Shown one piece after another: positions 15,140 to 23,857 of a stretch of DNA of 47,116 nucleotides (position 1 is its first letter; the number at the start of each line of letters is the position of its first letter). Made by a program: the position numbers and the translations under genes. Location of the stretch: positions 1 through 47,116 of the IMG/VR virus record IMGVR_UViG_3300010361_000017; one strand, given 5' to 3'. The stretch is from a virus (lineage: Duplodnaviria; Caudoviricetes). The notes under the pieces were generated by a model. That model searched no databases. It was not told where the DNA came from and saw only the letters and a list, made by a program, of their open reading frames with translations.

Positions 15140-15319
15140 TTACTTTATTACGTGAGGCCTGAGACACTCTAGCTCAGGCCAGGAGGCGAGTAGCTTACGC
15201 CACTCGTCATTAGCATACCTCTTCGTAAGACGCTTGATCTTCTTCTGCATCTTACGATAGAGTACAGCTTGACGCCGATCGATAATCTCTTCGATCTGAC
15301 GTTTCTTGCGGTTAGTCAT
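15140..15319 (-). CDS. small basic hypothetical protein (first early gene)
   Basis: ATG 15319 (MTNRKKRQ) after AAGGTGG; the ORF-track extension to 15853 overlaps terS antisense and is not supported. Confidence 0.65.
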   Translation of the reverse strand: MTNRKKRQIEEIIDRRQAVLYRKMQKKIKRLTKRYANDEWRKLLASWPELECLRPHVIK

Positions 15320-15340
15320 AACGACCACCTTATTGAGATA

Positions 15341-15367
15341 GAGCAGTTTAATGACATGCTCAGGTCG
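15341..15367 (-). repeat. 27-nt H-type pseudoknot element, copy D
   Basis: CGAC CT GAGC AT GTCA TTAAACT GCTC. Confidence 0.8.
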
Positions 15368-15495
15368 CGTCATGGGTCGTGCGCGTCGTTCACAAAACGA
15401 GTCAGGCATCCCACGATAAAAATGACTCCCTAAAAAACCGTCACCTATCTCACGGGACCTTGAAAGACAACGGGCGGACCTGCACATACGGTGCC

Positions 15496-15534
15496 CAGTA
15501 CCGGCTTGTCCGCGTGTTTGTAATGGGGTATAAT
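15496..15534 (+). promoter_or_regulatory. late-operon sigma70-type promoter with conserved upstream box
   Basis: TTGTCC-17 bp-TATAAT upstream of terS; CAGTACCGGCTTGT box identical to the 9195-9208 copy. Confidence 0.75.
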
Positions 15535-15571
15535 CGGCTTTAGGCATAGGAACGCAGCTGGCGCTCAGGAC

Positions 15572-16216
15572 ATGGATATCAGACCTCCAGGACCGGGACT
15601 CGAACGACAAGCATTGCAGGCTGAGATAAGTCACCTTCGACTGCAAAGTGAAGGGAAACACGGAGGGCTCGGCAAACTGACACCAACAAACCGTCCAACT
15701 GGTGAGTGGGAGCGAATTGCAGAGATGGCCGTGGCCGGATTCACATACGGTGAGATGGCGATAGCTCTTACAAGATCTTATGCTTGGGTCCGCAGGCAGT
15801 TTCGGTCGGCTGAGCTTATGGAGAGGATCCGGACCTTGGATGCGGCTACACATAAACGGATCATGGAGCAGTACCAGCTCAGTACCGAATACTTCCAGAG
15901 GCGGCTGGATGAGATGGCGGATGAAGGGCTAAATGAGCTGGAGGAGCTTATTCAGAGTAAGAATGAACGGGTCCGCTTGGCTGCGGTACAGGATATCCTG
16001 GATAGGAATCCGCATACCAGCTCACGTGTCCAAGGCCAAACCGCCCAGGGGCAAGGTCCGAGTAACATTCAGTTCGGTGTCTTTCTACAGAACGTCGCAC
16101 AGGTTGTCAAGGAGAGTGAAACCAGCCTAAATGGCCAGCAACGATATATTAACCCTAGCCGCCAGCGGTCAGGCGACGGAGTTGAGGACCGAGGTCAGAC
16201 AACGGGCACTGAGTAG
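15572..16216 (+). CDS. putative terminase small subunit (HTH)
   Basis: HTH-like GFTYGEMAIALTRSYAWV, NERVRLAAVQDILDR; immediately precedes terL. Confidence 0.65.
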   Translation: MDIRPPGPGLERQALQAEISHLRLQSEGKHGGLGKLTPTNRPTGEWERIAEMAVAGFTYGEMAIALTRSYAWVRRQFRSAELMERIRTLDAATHKRIMEQYQLSTEYFQRRLDEMADEGLNELEELIQSKNERVRLAAVQDILDRNPHTSSRVQGQTAQGQGPSNIQFGVFLQNVAQVVKESETSLNGQQRYINPSRQRSGDGVEDRGQTTGTE

Positions 16217-17735
16217 CTTTTACTTTTTTGTGAAGGCCGTCCTGGGATACACCGATCTGACTGTTGAGTTCCATAAAGGGGTTTGTGATTTTCTGCAGTT
16301 TAGTAAAACTCACCGTCAGGTCCTCCTGCTTCAACGCGGTGCCTTCAAAACAACCATTGTCAAGAGTTATGCTATCTGGAGGCACGCAAAGGAAAAGATT
16401 GAAAACGGACGGGATATCAGCATGGTCATTGGCCGGGAAACGGATGACGGTGCCAAACAGACACTGAGAGAGATCAAAGGGCATTATAGGACTAATCAGA
16501 TACTTCAGTGGATTTTCCCTGAGGTCATCCCGCCCCAGGGTAAAGTGACCAGTCCTGACAGCCAGGAGGGTAAATGGGACGAGCATGAGATTATCCTGCC
16601 AAGGCTCCGTCCCCGTGCTGAACCCAGCGTAAGCTGTGTGGGGGTAGGCGTGGCGGTGACGGGCGAGCATTATGAGATGCAGATCAAGGATGACTTGATA
16701 GGTTTCAGCGCCAGTCGGTCAGAGACCGAGATGAACCGAGCGATAGACTGGCATCGGTATAGTGAAGGTCTGTTTGTGAAACCAGAACTTGGGAGTTCGG
16801 AGGATATCGTACTGGGAACCTACTGGACCGATAGCGATTATTATCATTGGATTGAGGAGAACGAGGCGGAATACGATTTCTACATCCGATCTGCAGTTGA
16901 GGATGGCCGACCGACTTTCCCCGAGCGTTTTTCGATGGAGACACTTGAACGGATCCGGAGGAAGCAAGGTGACTACATCTTCAGCTGCCAGTATCTGAAC
17001 GATCCGATACCGAGGGAAGGTGGAGACTTCAAACCTGACTGGATTGGGTCCTATGAGGTCGTGGACGACCGTGCCGTTAAGGTACCTAAGGAACCCTATC
17101 CGATTAGTGTACAGTATCTGGATAGGGTGGGGTACTTCGACCCAAGCCATAAAGGACTGATCGGTGGGGCTGAACACGCAGCCGTCGTGTTGGGGATGGA
17201 TAGCAGCTGGAACCGTTACCTCCTTGACTTTCGGGCGGTCCTAGGTGGGATCCGGAACGGACTGCATCAGGTACAGGAACTGAACGACCGGTGGATCTGC
17301 AGGTGGTTTTATGAGGCTGTGGGTGCCCAGACCTGGCTTGCGGATTTTCTGGTTGAGGTTAGGCAGTCACCCCGCTGTACCTTCAGGCTCAAGGAAGGAG
17401 ATCAGCCGTGTGGTAAAATGCACAGGAATTTATGGATGCAACCGAACCTGAAGCAAAGCACGAAGATGCATAAGGATGAAAGGATTCGACAGAATCTGCA
17501 ACCGGTCGTGGAGGAAAGGCGGATGTTCCTGAGGGCTGGTCAGGAGAAAGCAAGGAATCAGCTTCTGAGGTTCCCTACCGGAAAGCTCAAGGATGTTATC
17601 GATGCGATGGCGGGCGGGGTCACCTACCTGATCAGGCCGAGGGATGTACAGGTCCCAGAGGCGAGCGATCAGGTCCCGGAAGCACTTTTGCAGGAGATGA
17701 CCTCACGAACACAAACGGAGTTCTTCTGTGGGTAA
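16131..17735 (+). CDS. terL: terminase large subunit
   Basis: Walker A QRGAFKTT, Walker B IKDDL, GTYW, FSCQYLNDP, nuclease YFDPS...KDVIDAMA. Confidence 0.92.
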   Translation: MASNDILTLAASGQATELRTEVRQRALSSFYFFVKAVLGYTDLTVEFHKGVCDFLQFSKTHRQVLLLQRGAFKTTIVKSYAIWRHAKEKIENGRDISMVIGRETDDGAKQTLREIKGHYRTNQILQWIFPEVIPPQGKVTSPDSQEGKWDEHEIILPRLRPRAEPSVSCVGVGVAVTGEHYEMQIKDDLIGFSASRSETEMNRAIDWHRYSEGLFVKPELGSSEDIVLGTYWTDSDYYHWIEENEAEYDFYIRSAVEDGRPTFPERFSMETLERIRRKQGDYIFSCQYLNDPIPREGGDFKPDWIGSYEVVDDRAVKVPKEPYPISVQYLDRVGYFDPSHKGLIGGAEHAAVVLGMDSSWNRYLLDFRAVLGGIRNGLHQVQELNDRWICRWFYEAVGAQTWLADFLVEVRQSPRCTFRLKEGDQPCGKMHRNLWMQPNLKQSTKMHKDERIRQNLQPVVEERRMFLRAGQEKARNQLLRFPTGKLKDVIDAMAGGVTYLIRPRDVQVPEASDQVPEALLQEMTSRTQTEFFCG

Positions 17736-19446
17736 CCTGTTGATTTGGACGGGACCCAAGGGACCTTTCAATCCGGGCGGTTTGGACATGGATACACCTG
17801 ATCAAACTTCAAACGCGTGCCGGGAACATAAGGGGTTTCCGGAACCCAACCGGTCCCGACACGCTCAATCGGACAGGGTGGACAACAGACCTAGGATACG
17901 TCTCGCCATGACAAAGGACGATCCGAACTCCCTGGTGACTACAGAGTCGACACAACCGTCGGTCGCGAGTCATGCGCAGCACTCTGTAGGGTGTGTAGTG
18001 TATGTTGACTATGCTTCATGTCAGCCTAGTCTTCAACATACATCAAACACACAGCTCAAGCGCCAAACATTAGTGGGGCGAAGCTCGTCGGTCTACCGCT
18101 TCGGTAGGCGTCCGCGTGGAGAGTCGAAGTCCTCCGGGAACTCTAGGTTCCTTAAGGGGGTTCTCAGGCTCCGCCCCTTCACTAAACTCCTTTTAGGCTG
18201 TCTCCTTCTCATGAGTTGCCGTCCCTCCAAACAGTCAAACCCACCTGCCATCCCAGCCGCCTTCTTCGGGATCAGTCACGGTCCCACCTGGCCTTCCGTC
18301 ACGACCGGCGCCCTGGGTCATCCCGCCACGCTCGCGTGGGGCTTCATCGAGAAACTTCCCGGAATCTACGACTTCACAAGTTACGATCACTTCATCCTCG
18401 AAGCCCGCGACAAAGGCCTGGTGGACAGCTCAGGTACCGTCTCGGCGACCATCACTTTCGGTTACACACCTCAATTTCACGCACGTGACACCAGCCGCTG
18501 CATCCTAATCGGTGACCGGCGTGTCTGTCCCTCACCTCCCTCGGACCTGACCAGCTGGACCAATCTCCTTCACGCAGTCATCAACCACTACAACGGCGTC
18601 ACAGCCCCACACGTCAAATTCTACGAACTCTGGAACGAATTCAGCAGCCCAAACTTCTGGACCGGTACCAACAGCGAAATGATCGCCATGGCTTCCGCCG
18701 CCTATCCTATCATCCACCAGGACCCTCACAGCCTGCTCCTAACTCCCTCCGTCTCCGGTCCTGCAGGTGCCTCCGGTACCCTCCCAGATGGCCTAACGTG
18801 GATGCAAGACTACCTTCGTGCAGGTGGTGCCAGCTACGCAGACGGTGGTACCTTTCACGGTTACATCGCAGCATATGGCGGTCAAGGTGTCAGTCTATTT
18901 CCCATGCCTGAACAGGACTCAACCACCGGGTGTGCATACGGCCCTGCGTGTTTCGGCTCTATCGTGACCAAAACCCAAGGTTTCCGTCAAGTATTCGACA
19001 GCAGCGGTCTCCGGAACAAACCGATGCTAGACACCGAAGGTTCGTGGGGTAAGGACCGTAACCTTACCGACCCCGCTACCCAAAGCATGTGGGTCTCTCG
19101 CTGGACCATCCTTCAAGCAAGTTACTACCCTTCTCTCGCCCAAATCGCTTGGTTCGGGTGGGACCTTGACGGCGGTACCCTTTCCGAAGCGGCTCAGATC
19201 TCCTATAACCAAACCGCCCAGTGGCTTATCGGAAGCTCCTTTTCAACTGGCTGTAGCGTCTCCGTTGACGTCTGGAGCTGCCCTTTAAGCGGCCCCTCAG
19301 GTCCAGGCCTTCTAGTGTGGTCTACTTCCGGTAGCAGTCTGTTCTCCCGAGGTTCCTGGACTAAACAATACGATCTGCGCGGTACCCTAACCCGTCTGAC
19401 CGGAAGCACCGTACCAATCAGCGGCTCCCCAACTCTCTTAAAATAG
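17728..19446 (+). CDS. clan GH-A (GH39-like) glycoside hydrolase with lipoprotein-like signal; start uncertain
   Basis: WGFIEKLPGIYDF, acid/base YELWNE, TFHGY, nucleophile DTEGSWG; KLLLGCLLLMSC lipobox-like segment ending near residue 164. Confidence 0.75.
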   Translation: MGNLLIWTGPKGPFNPGGLDMDTPDQTSNACREHKGFPEPNRSRHAQSDRVDNRPRIRLAMTKDDPNSLVTTESTQPSVASHAQHSVGCVVYVDYASCQPSLQHTSNTQLKRQTLVGRSSSVYRFGRRPRGESKSSGNSRFLKGVLRLRPFTKLLLGCLLLMSCRPSKQSNPPAIPAAFFGISHGPTWPSVTTGALGHPATLAWGFIEKLPGIYDFTSYDHFILEARDKGLVDSSGTVSATITFGYTPQFHARDTSRCILIGDRRVCPSPPSDLTSWTNLLHAVINHYNGVTAPHVKFYELWNEFSSPNFWTGTNSEMIAMASAAYPIIHQDPHSLLLTPSVSGPAGASGTLPDGLTWMQDYLRAGGASYADGGTFHGYIAAYGGQGVSLFPMPEQDSTTGCAYGPACFGSIVTKTQGFRQVFDSSGLRNKPMLDTEGSWGKDRNLTDPATQSMWVSRWTILQASYYPSLAQIAWFGWDLDGGTLSEAAQISYNQTAQWLIGSSFSTGCSVSVDVWSCPLSGPSGPGLLVWSTSGSSLFSRGSWTKQYDLRGTLTRLTGSTVPISGSPTLLK

Positions 19447-19454
19447 GAGGCACC

Positions 19455-19637
19455 ATGGAATGGGAAGACATCGTGAAAAAGTGGCAGGAAAGCGAACCTC
19501 ACAGCCCGGCCGAAGAAGCCCTTTTTAGCCTGGCCGTCAGCCTTAAGGAGTCTCTCGAAGAGCTCCAAGAGGACGTTGAGGACCTCACCTCCAAGGTCGA
19601 ATCCGACGAAAGCGAAGTGGAAAGTGAAAACACCTAG
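19455..19637 (+). CDS. small acidic hypothetical protein
   Basis: 60 aa; AGGAGG SD. Confidence 0.7.
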   Translation: MEWEDIVKKWQESEPHSPAEEALFSLAVSLKESLEELQEDVEDLTSKVESDESEVESENT

Positions 19638-21615
19638 CCTCCAGATCGAGCTCGGGCTTCCGATCGACCGTCAAACAGAACTGGTCGGCTACCTATGCGA
19701 AAAATACCGAACCGCCACCGACGGTCGCAGCCAACAAGTCGAAGGTGACTACGATCGGTGGATCAACAACTACGAAGCAAAACCGAGTCAAACCCGCCGT
19801 AACTTCCCATTTCCTAACTCCTCTAACCTTATCATTCCTCTCGGGATGATCCACACAGACATCACCGAAGCACGCATCCTGGGTTTCTGGTACGCCGTGC
19901 GCCCATTCTTTCAAGTACGTCACTGGCCTCCAGGTCAATACGCCTGGACCAGTGCCATCAGCCAATTTCTCGACTTCAAGATGAATTACGTCTGGCGGTG
20001 GTACCCTCAATTTCGTAGCATCCTGGGCCGTACCCTTCGCGGAGGTACCTGCACTGCAAAACTCACCCTTCAAGTGGACGAATACATCTCGGTAACTACC
20101 GGTGAAGGTAGCACAAGCGCCTCGACAAAATACGTCCAAACCCAAATCCAACGCCCCATGATGTGTCTGGACCCAATCCCCTTTCGTGACTTCGTCCCCT
20201 ACCCTTTCCGTTCCAACAGCCTGAAGGACGCAAAAATCAAATTTCATACCCTCCGCCTAACCAAGGAGGACGTGGAATGGCGGCGTGACCGTAGCATCTG
20301 GGACCGTACCGCATGCACCGCTCTCCTAAAAGGCCCGACCGTAGAACGTAAAGCCGACCAGAGCCAGATTGAAACCTCCGCGGGTACCGTACCGTTACAA
20401 CCCGAAACTCCCTTTGAAGTGGTGGAGGCTGAGCTGGACTATGCCCTAACAGCTGGCAGTCCTAGCCGGAACAGCATCCGAATTACCTTCAACCCAGCCC
20501 AACGTCTCTATCTCCGCGGATGTTTCAACACCAATCCGCGTAACCTCTCGGACTTTATCGATTTCCGTCTCTTTCCACGTGATGACTCCTACTACGGCTA
20601 CAGCATGATGCAACGCCTCGAAGCCTTTCAGGAGGAAGCCTCTAGCATCCATAACGACCGCCGAAACGCCCAAATCGTTGCCAGGGCGCCAGGTTGGAAG
20701 AAAAAGCGTTACGTCGACAACCCAAACGTGGGCAACCAGTGGTTCCCTGGAAAGGTCTGGGAGCTCGACGACCCGGCAAACGACCTACTCACCGTCGAAT
20801 TCTCTTCGAACTACAACGACCTAGTGGAAGAAGAACGCCAATGCCTCGAGCTCGCTGAACGTGTCTCGGGTGTCTCCCCTCCTATGCAAGGTTTCGGTTC
20901 GGGTGTGATGAGCGGACGTCGTGGGATCTACACCGCTGCAGGTACCCTCGGCCTCCTTCAAGAAGGTAACCGGCGTGTAAACGTGTACCTAACCCACTTT
21001 CGTGACCCAATGGACTCCGTTGCAAAGGGCGCCTTCCTGCGGATGCAACAACACGGAATCGAACCCTCCGATACCGATAACTACCCTGAACTCCAGGAGG
21101 CCATCACCAAAGTGACTCCTGAGTCCTCCGACAGCGTATTCTTCGAGACCACCGCCTCAACCGGTGTAAGCAACCGTGAAGCGGACCGAACGTCCTACCT
21201 GATGATGACCCAAGTACTCGAAAAATACTACACTAGTATCCTTCAGGCAGCTCAGGCCACCACCCAACTTATCGGCCAAGGTGCCATGCAAAACCCGGTT
21301 GCTTCCGGTCTTGTCAAGCTCTACATCGCAATCCTTTCCGGTGCTCACGACGTTGCCAATCACCTCCTGGACTCATTCGATTACGGGGACAAACGCACCG
21401 CTCTCCCTGACGCATCAAAAATCCTACTCGAGGGACTACAAAATGGACAACCTTCAGGACCCGCAGGGCCAGGGGGGCCTCCTAACGCTCTCGGACCTCC
21501 AACAGCTCAGGACGGTATGGGTACAAATCCAGACTTTAGCACCCTGGCACAAACTCTTAGCGCTATTGCGTCAGCAAGTGGACCACCAACTTCGGGAGGT
21601 GAATTTACCGATTGA
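19624..21615 (+). CDS. portal protein
   Basis: ~660 aa after terminase; RRNFPFPNSSNL, YYGYSM..LE.FQEE.S.IHN, PGKVW, ERVSGVS, TAAG pattern of podovirus-type portals; start GTG 19624 or TTG 19576. Confidence 0.85.
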   Translation: MKTPSLQIELGLPIDRQTELVGYLCEKYRTATDGRSQQVEGDYDRWINNYEAKPSQTRRNFPFPNSSNLIIPLGMIHTDITEARILGFWYAVRPFFQVRHWPPGQYAWTSAISQFLDFKMNYVWRWYPQFRSILGRTLRGGTCTAKLTLQVDEYISVTTGEGSTSASTKYVQTQIQRPMMCLDPIPFRDFVPYPFRSNSLKDAKIKFHTLRLTKEDVEWRRDRSIWDRTACTALLKGPTVERKADQSQIETSAGTVPLQPETPFEVVEAELDYALTAGSPSRNSIRITFNPAQRLYLRGCFNTNPRNLSDFIDFRLFPRDDSYYGYSMMQRLEAFQEEASSIHNDRRNAQIVARAPGWKKKRYVDNPNVGNQWFPGKVWELDDPANDLLTVEFSSNYNDLVEEERQCLELAERVSGVSPPMQGFGSGVMSGRRGIYTAAGTLGLLQEGNRRVNVYLTHFRDPMDSVAKGAFLRMQQHGIEPSDTDNYPELQEAITKVTPESSDSVFFETTASTGVSNREADRTSYLMMTQVLEKYYTSILQAAQATTQLIGQGAMQNPVASGLVKLYIAILSGAHDVANHLLDSFDYGDKRTALPDASKILLEGLQNGQPSGPAGPGGPPNALGPPTAQDGMGTNPDFSTLAQTLSAIASASGPPTSGGEFTD

Positions 21616-21832
21616 AACCCTTCGGGTCTGGCAAGGCCGTTCCCTGACCCTAGGCTACTTTAGCAATCTCGGCGCAATCCTAGACAGTCAAATCTCACTT
21701 ATGCAGGAGGAAAAGGATGGGAGTAAGCCCGTTCACAGCAACGGAAAGCGCACCAACGGTAACGCCGACAACTACTACACCTGGGTCGACACCGGTACCG
21801 TCCCTCGAGGAACTTCAGCAACAAAACCGTGA
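21443..21832 (+). CDS. small portal-adjacent protein
   Basis: ATG 21443 after GAGGGA; helical W..L....LR..QG pattern; overlaps the portal 3' end and the next gene. Confidence 0.6.
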   Translation: MDNLQDPQGQGGLLTLSDLQQLRTVWVQIQTLAPWHKLLALLRQQVDHQLREVNLPIETLRVWQGRSLTLGYFSNLGAILDSQISLMQEEKDGSKPVHSNGKRTNGNADNYYTWVDTGTVPRGTSATKP

Positions 21833-22388
21833 CCTGCAGGCGGAGAACACCCGTCTCCTGAACACCGTTTTAGGTTTGGAGCCGACAGTACCGAAGGCAC
21901 CGGTTGCGACGGCGTCCTCCTCACCGCCGCCAGCTCCGTCGGCTCCTCAAGCTCTCAAACCGGAAGAAGTGACCCTCATCCAAGGCGCCCGCCTGATCTG
22001 TGCGTCCGCTCACCCCGACTTCACGCAATTCGTTCAGGAAATCGATGGTATCATGGCCAACATGCCGATTTCCGAACGAAAGAGCAGTGCGGTTTGGGAA
22101 ACTGTGTATTTCAACGTAAAGGGCCGTCACACGGACGAACTTGTCAGTCGAGCTCGCACAACTCCGGTTCCCGGTCCTCCAAGCGGTGAACGTCCAACAA
22201 TCCCTGCGGTTCCGGCAGCGGGTCCGGACAAGACAATGTCCGCTCTCGAAGAGGAAATGTTCAGTAAACTATCCGACGCACGGGGTAGCAACGAACGCGG
22301 TCAGCGTGTCCTTACTCGTGAAAAATGGATCGAACGCCGGAACCAAATGAATGAAGGAGGCCAGCCTTGGATTCTGCACATGACCTAA
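21717..22388 (+). CDS. putative capsid scaffolding protein
   Basis: P/T-rich N-terminus, coiled coil, HPDF motif; position between portal and capsid genes. Confidence 0.6.
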   Translation: MGVSPFTATESAPTVTPTTTTPGSTPVPSLEELQQQNRDLQAENTRLLNTVLGLEPTVPKAPVATASSSPPPAPSAPQALKPEEVTLIQGARLICASAHPDFTQFVQEIDGIMANMPISERKSSAVWETVYFNVKGRHTDELVSRARTTPVPGPPSGERPTIPAVPAAGPDKTMSALEEEMFSKLSDARGSNERGQRVLTREKWIERRNQMNEGGQPWILHMT

Positions 22389-22819
22389 AGAAGGAAGCTG
22401 CAGCCTTAACAGCTGCTCGCGAAAAGGAAATCATCGATGAGCGTCGCAAACGTCTCAAGACGATCTACCTAACGGTTCACGAGCGTATGCGTCGCAGTCG
22501 CGTAGCCCTCGAAAACAAAAACCCAGCTTACTCGTACTACTTTGGTAACATCAACCCGGATGAAATGGCGATCTATCACAGTCTCGGATTTGAGATAGAC
22601 AAGGATCCAACCGTCAAAGGCAGCCTAGACCGCCAAGCAGACGGTTCCCTTCGTGTCGGTGACGTTATCCTCCTCAGGATGCCCGCCGAAGAATACGAAG
22701 CCATCCAGAACCTGAACGCCCTCAAATCCGAAACGAACCTAGACGCCGCAATCGAACGTCTAACCGAAGAGATGGCACGCTCACAAGTCCCGACCTTTGG
22801 GGTCGAAAAGGAGACATAA
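22367..22819 (+). CDS. head-module hypothetical protein
   Basis: 150 aa; AAGGAGG SD; RVGDVILLRMP motif. Confidence 0.7.
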   Translation: MDSAHDLKKEAAALTAAREKEIIDERRKRLKTIYLTVHERMRRSRVALENKNPAYSYYFGNINPDEMAIYHSLGFEIDKDPTVKGSLDRQADGSLRVGDVILLRMPAEEYEAIQNLNALKSETNLDAAIERLTEEMARSQVPTFGVEKET

Positions 22820-22822
22820 AGG

Positions 22823-23437
22823 ATGGCTGGAGTAACCCCACTCAATCTCGTACCTATCACGAGCATCCAGTCGCTGAGCGGCAACCAACCGAACATGCGC
22901 CGCTTGGCGGAAAAGGCTACTCAAACATTTCAGCTGGGTGCTGCAGTCCAAATCGATGCAACCGGTTTCGTGATCGAAAGCCCGGCGGTCGCCGCTGACA
23001 CGGCTAAAATCGCAGGGTTCGCAACGGAACCTGCCCACAACCTCACCACCTCAGGGGTCGGTACCCCAGGAGGTATCACCACCGGTCAAAAGGTACCTAA
23101 CCAACCGGGCGCAGTCGTAATCGCAATCGGCGGCCCCATTATCGACGGTATGGTCGGTACCGACATCGCCGTGGACGACACGATGTTCCTCGGCGCTCTC
23201 GACAACGCTCACGTCCTCGCTCAAGCTGACGTCACGAGCAAAGTGGGCCTGACCAAGGACACCACCGGACCCGGAGGCTCTGGCACTCCCACGGGCATCT
23301 GGTTCCTGGACAGTACCGCAGGCGTGGGCAGCGGTCAAGTAGCCGAAATCGTGGAACTATACGACCCTATTGGTACCACCAACGGCGGCCGAGTCATCTT
23401 CAAAGTTGACAAAGCCAATCAACAACTCAGCGCGTAA
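22823..23437 (+). CDS. putative capsid cement/decoration protein
   Basis: G/A/T-rich beta protein (QTFQLGAAVQID, IAGFA) just upstream of the MCP. Confidence 0.6.
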   Translation: MAGVTPLNLVPITSIQSLSGNQPNMRRLAEKATQTFQLGAAVQIDATGFVIESPAVAADTAKIAGFATEPAHNLTTSGVGTPGGITTGQKVPNQPGAVVIAIGGPIIDGMVGTDIAVDDTMFLGALDNAHVLAQADVTSKVGLTKDTTGPGGSGTPTGIWFLDSTAGVGSGQVAEIVELYDPIGTTNGGRVIFKVDKANQQLSA

Positions 23438-23446
23438 GGAGGCACT

Positions 23447-23857
23447 ATGGAACCTACCGAAACCGACCGTGCCTACCTCGCTGGGTTAATCGATGGGGAA
23501 GGCTCCCTTCAGATTAACACGGATGCTTACGGATGGCGCGTTAAGGTTTCAATCGCTAACTCTGGTATGCCAATTCATCACTGGCTTCAGGCTCGTTGGG
23601 GTGGCAGCTTCACTCAACAAGGCAGGAAGCAGTGTTGGAGTACCTACTGGACTGGCAAGGAACGTGTGACACATATCCTCGACGCCGCCTATCCCTACCT
23701 TGTCCTAAAGAAAGGTCAAGCAGACATCCTGCGTGTCTTTATCCGGACAATTGGCGAGCGAGGTCACGACAACCCAGGAATGCACGAAGGTCGGCTAACC
23801 CTCATGGAACAGCTCGACCTCGAACGCGAAATCTGCCTCGGAAAGGAGAACGCATGA
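23447..23857 (+). mobile_element. free-standing single-motif LAGLIDADG homing endonuclease
   Basis: AYLAGLIDGEGS, WGG, PYLVLKKGQA. Confidence 0.88.

Noticed and set aside
13934-15367. Repeated pseudoknot as a preQ1-I riboswitch
   Set aside because: Similar topology, but the ligand-pairing C before P1' is present in only one copy, the A-rich L3 consensus differs, and it is not upstream of que genes.
13934-15367. Repeats as a CRISPR array
   Set aside because: Irregular spacing with whole genes between copies; degenerate repeats.
15320-15853. N-terminal extension of the 15140-15853 ORF
   Set aside because: Antisense to terS and its promoter; the SD-supported start is at 15319.
17900-18160. 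Group I intron (GACTA/TAGTC resembling P7)
   Set aside because: These fall in one local hairpin; no P3/P4/P6/J8-7 core or splice sites could be built.
23596-23853. N-terminal extension of the MCP ORF
   Set aside because: Overlaps the LAGLIDADG gene; a strong SD supports ATG 23854.
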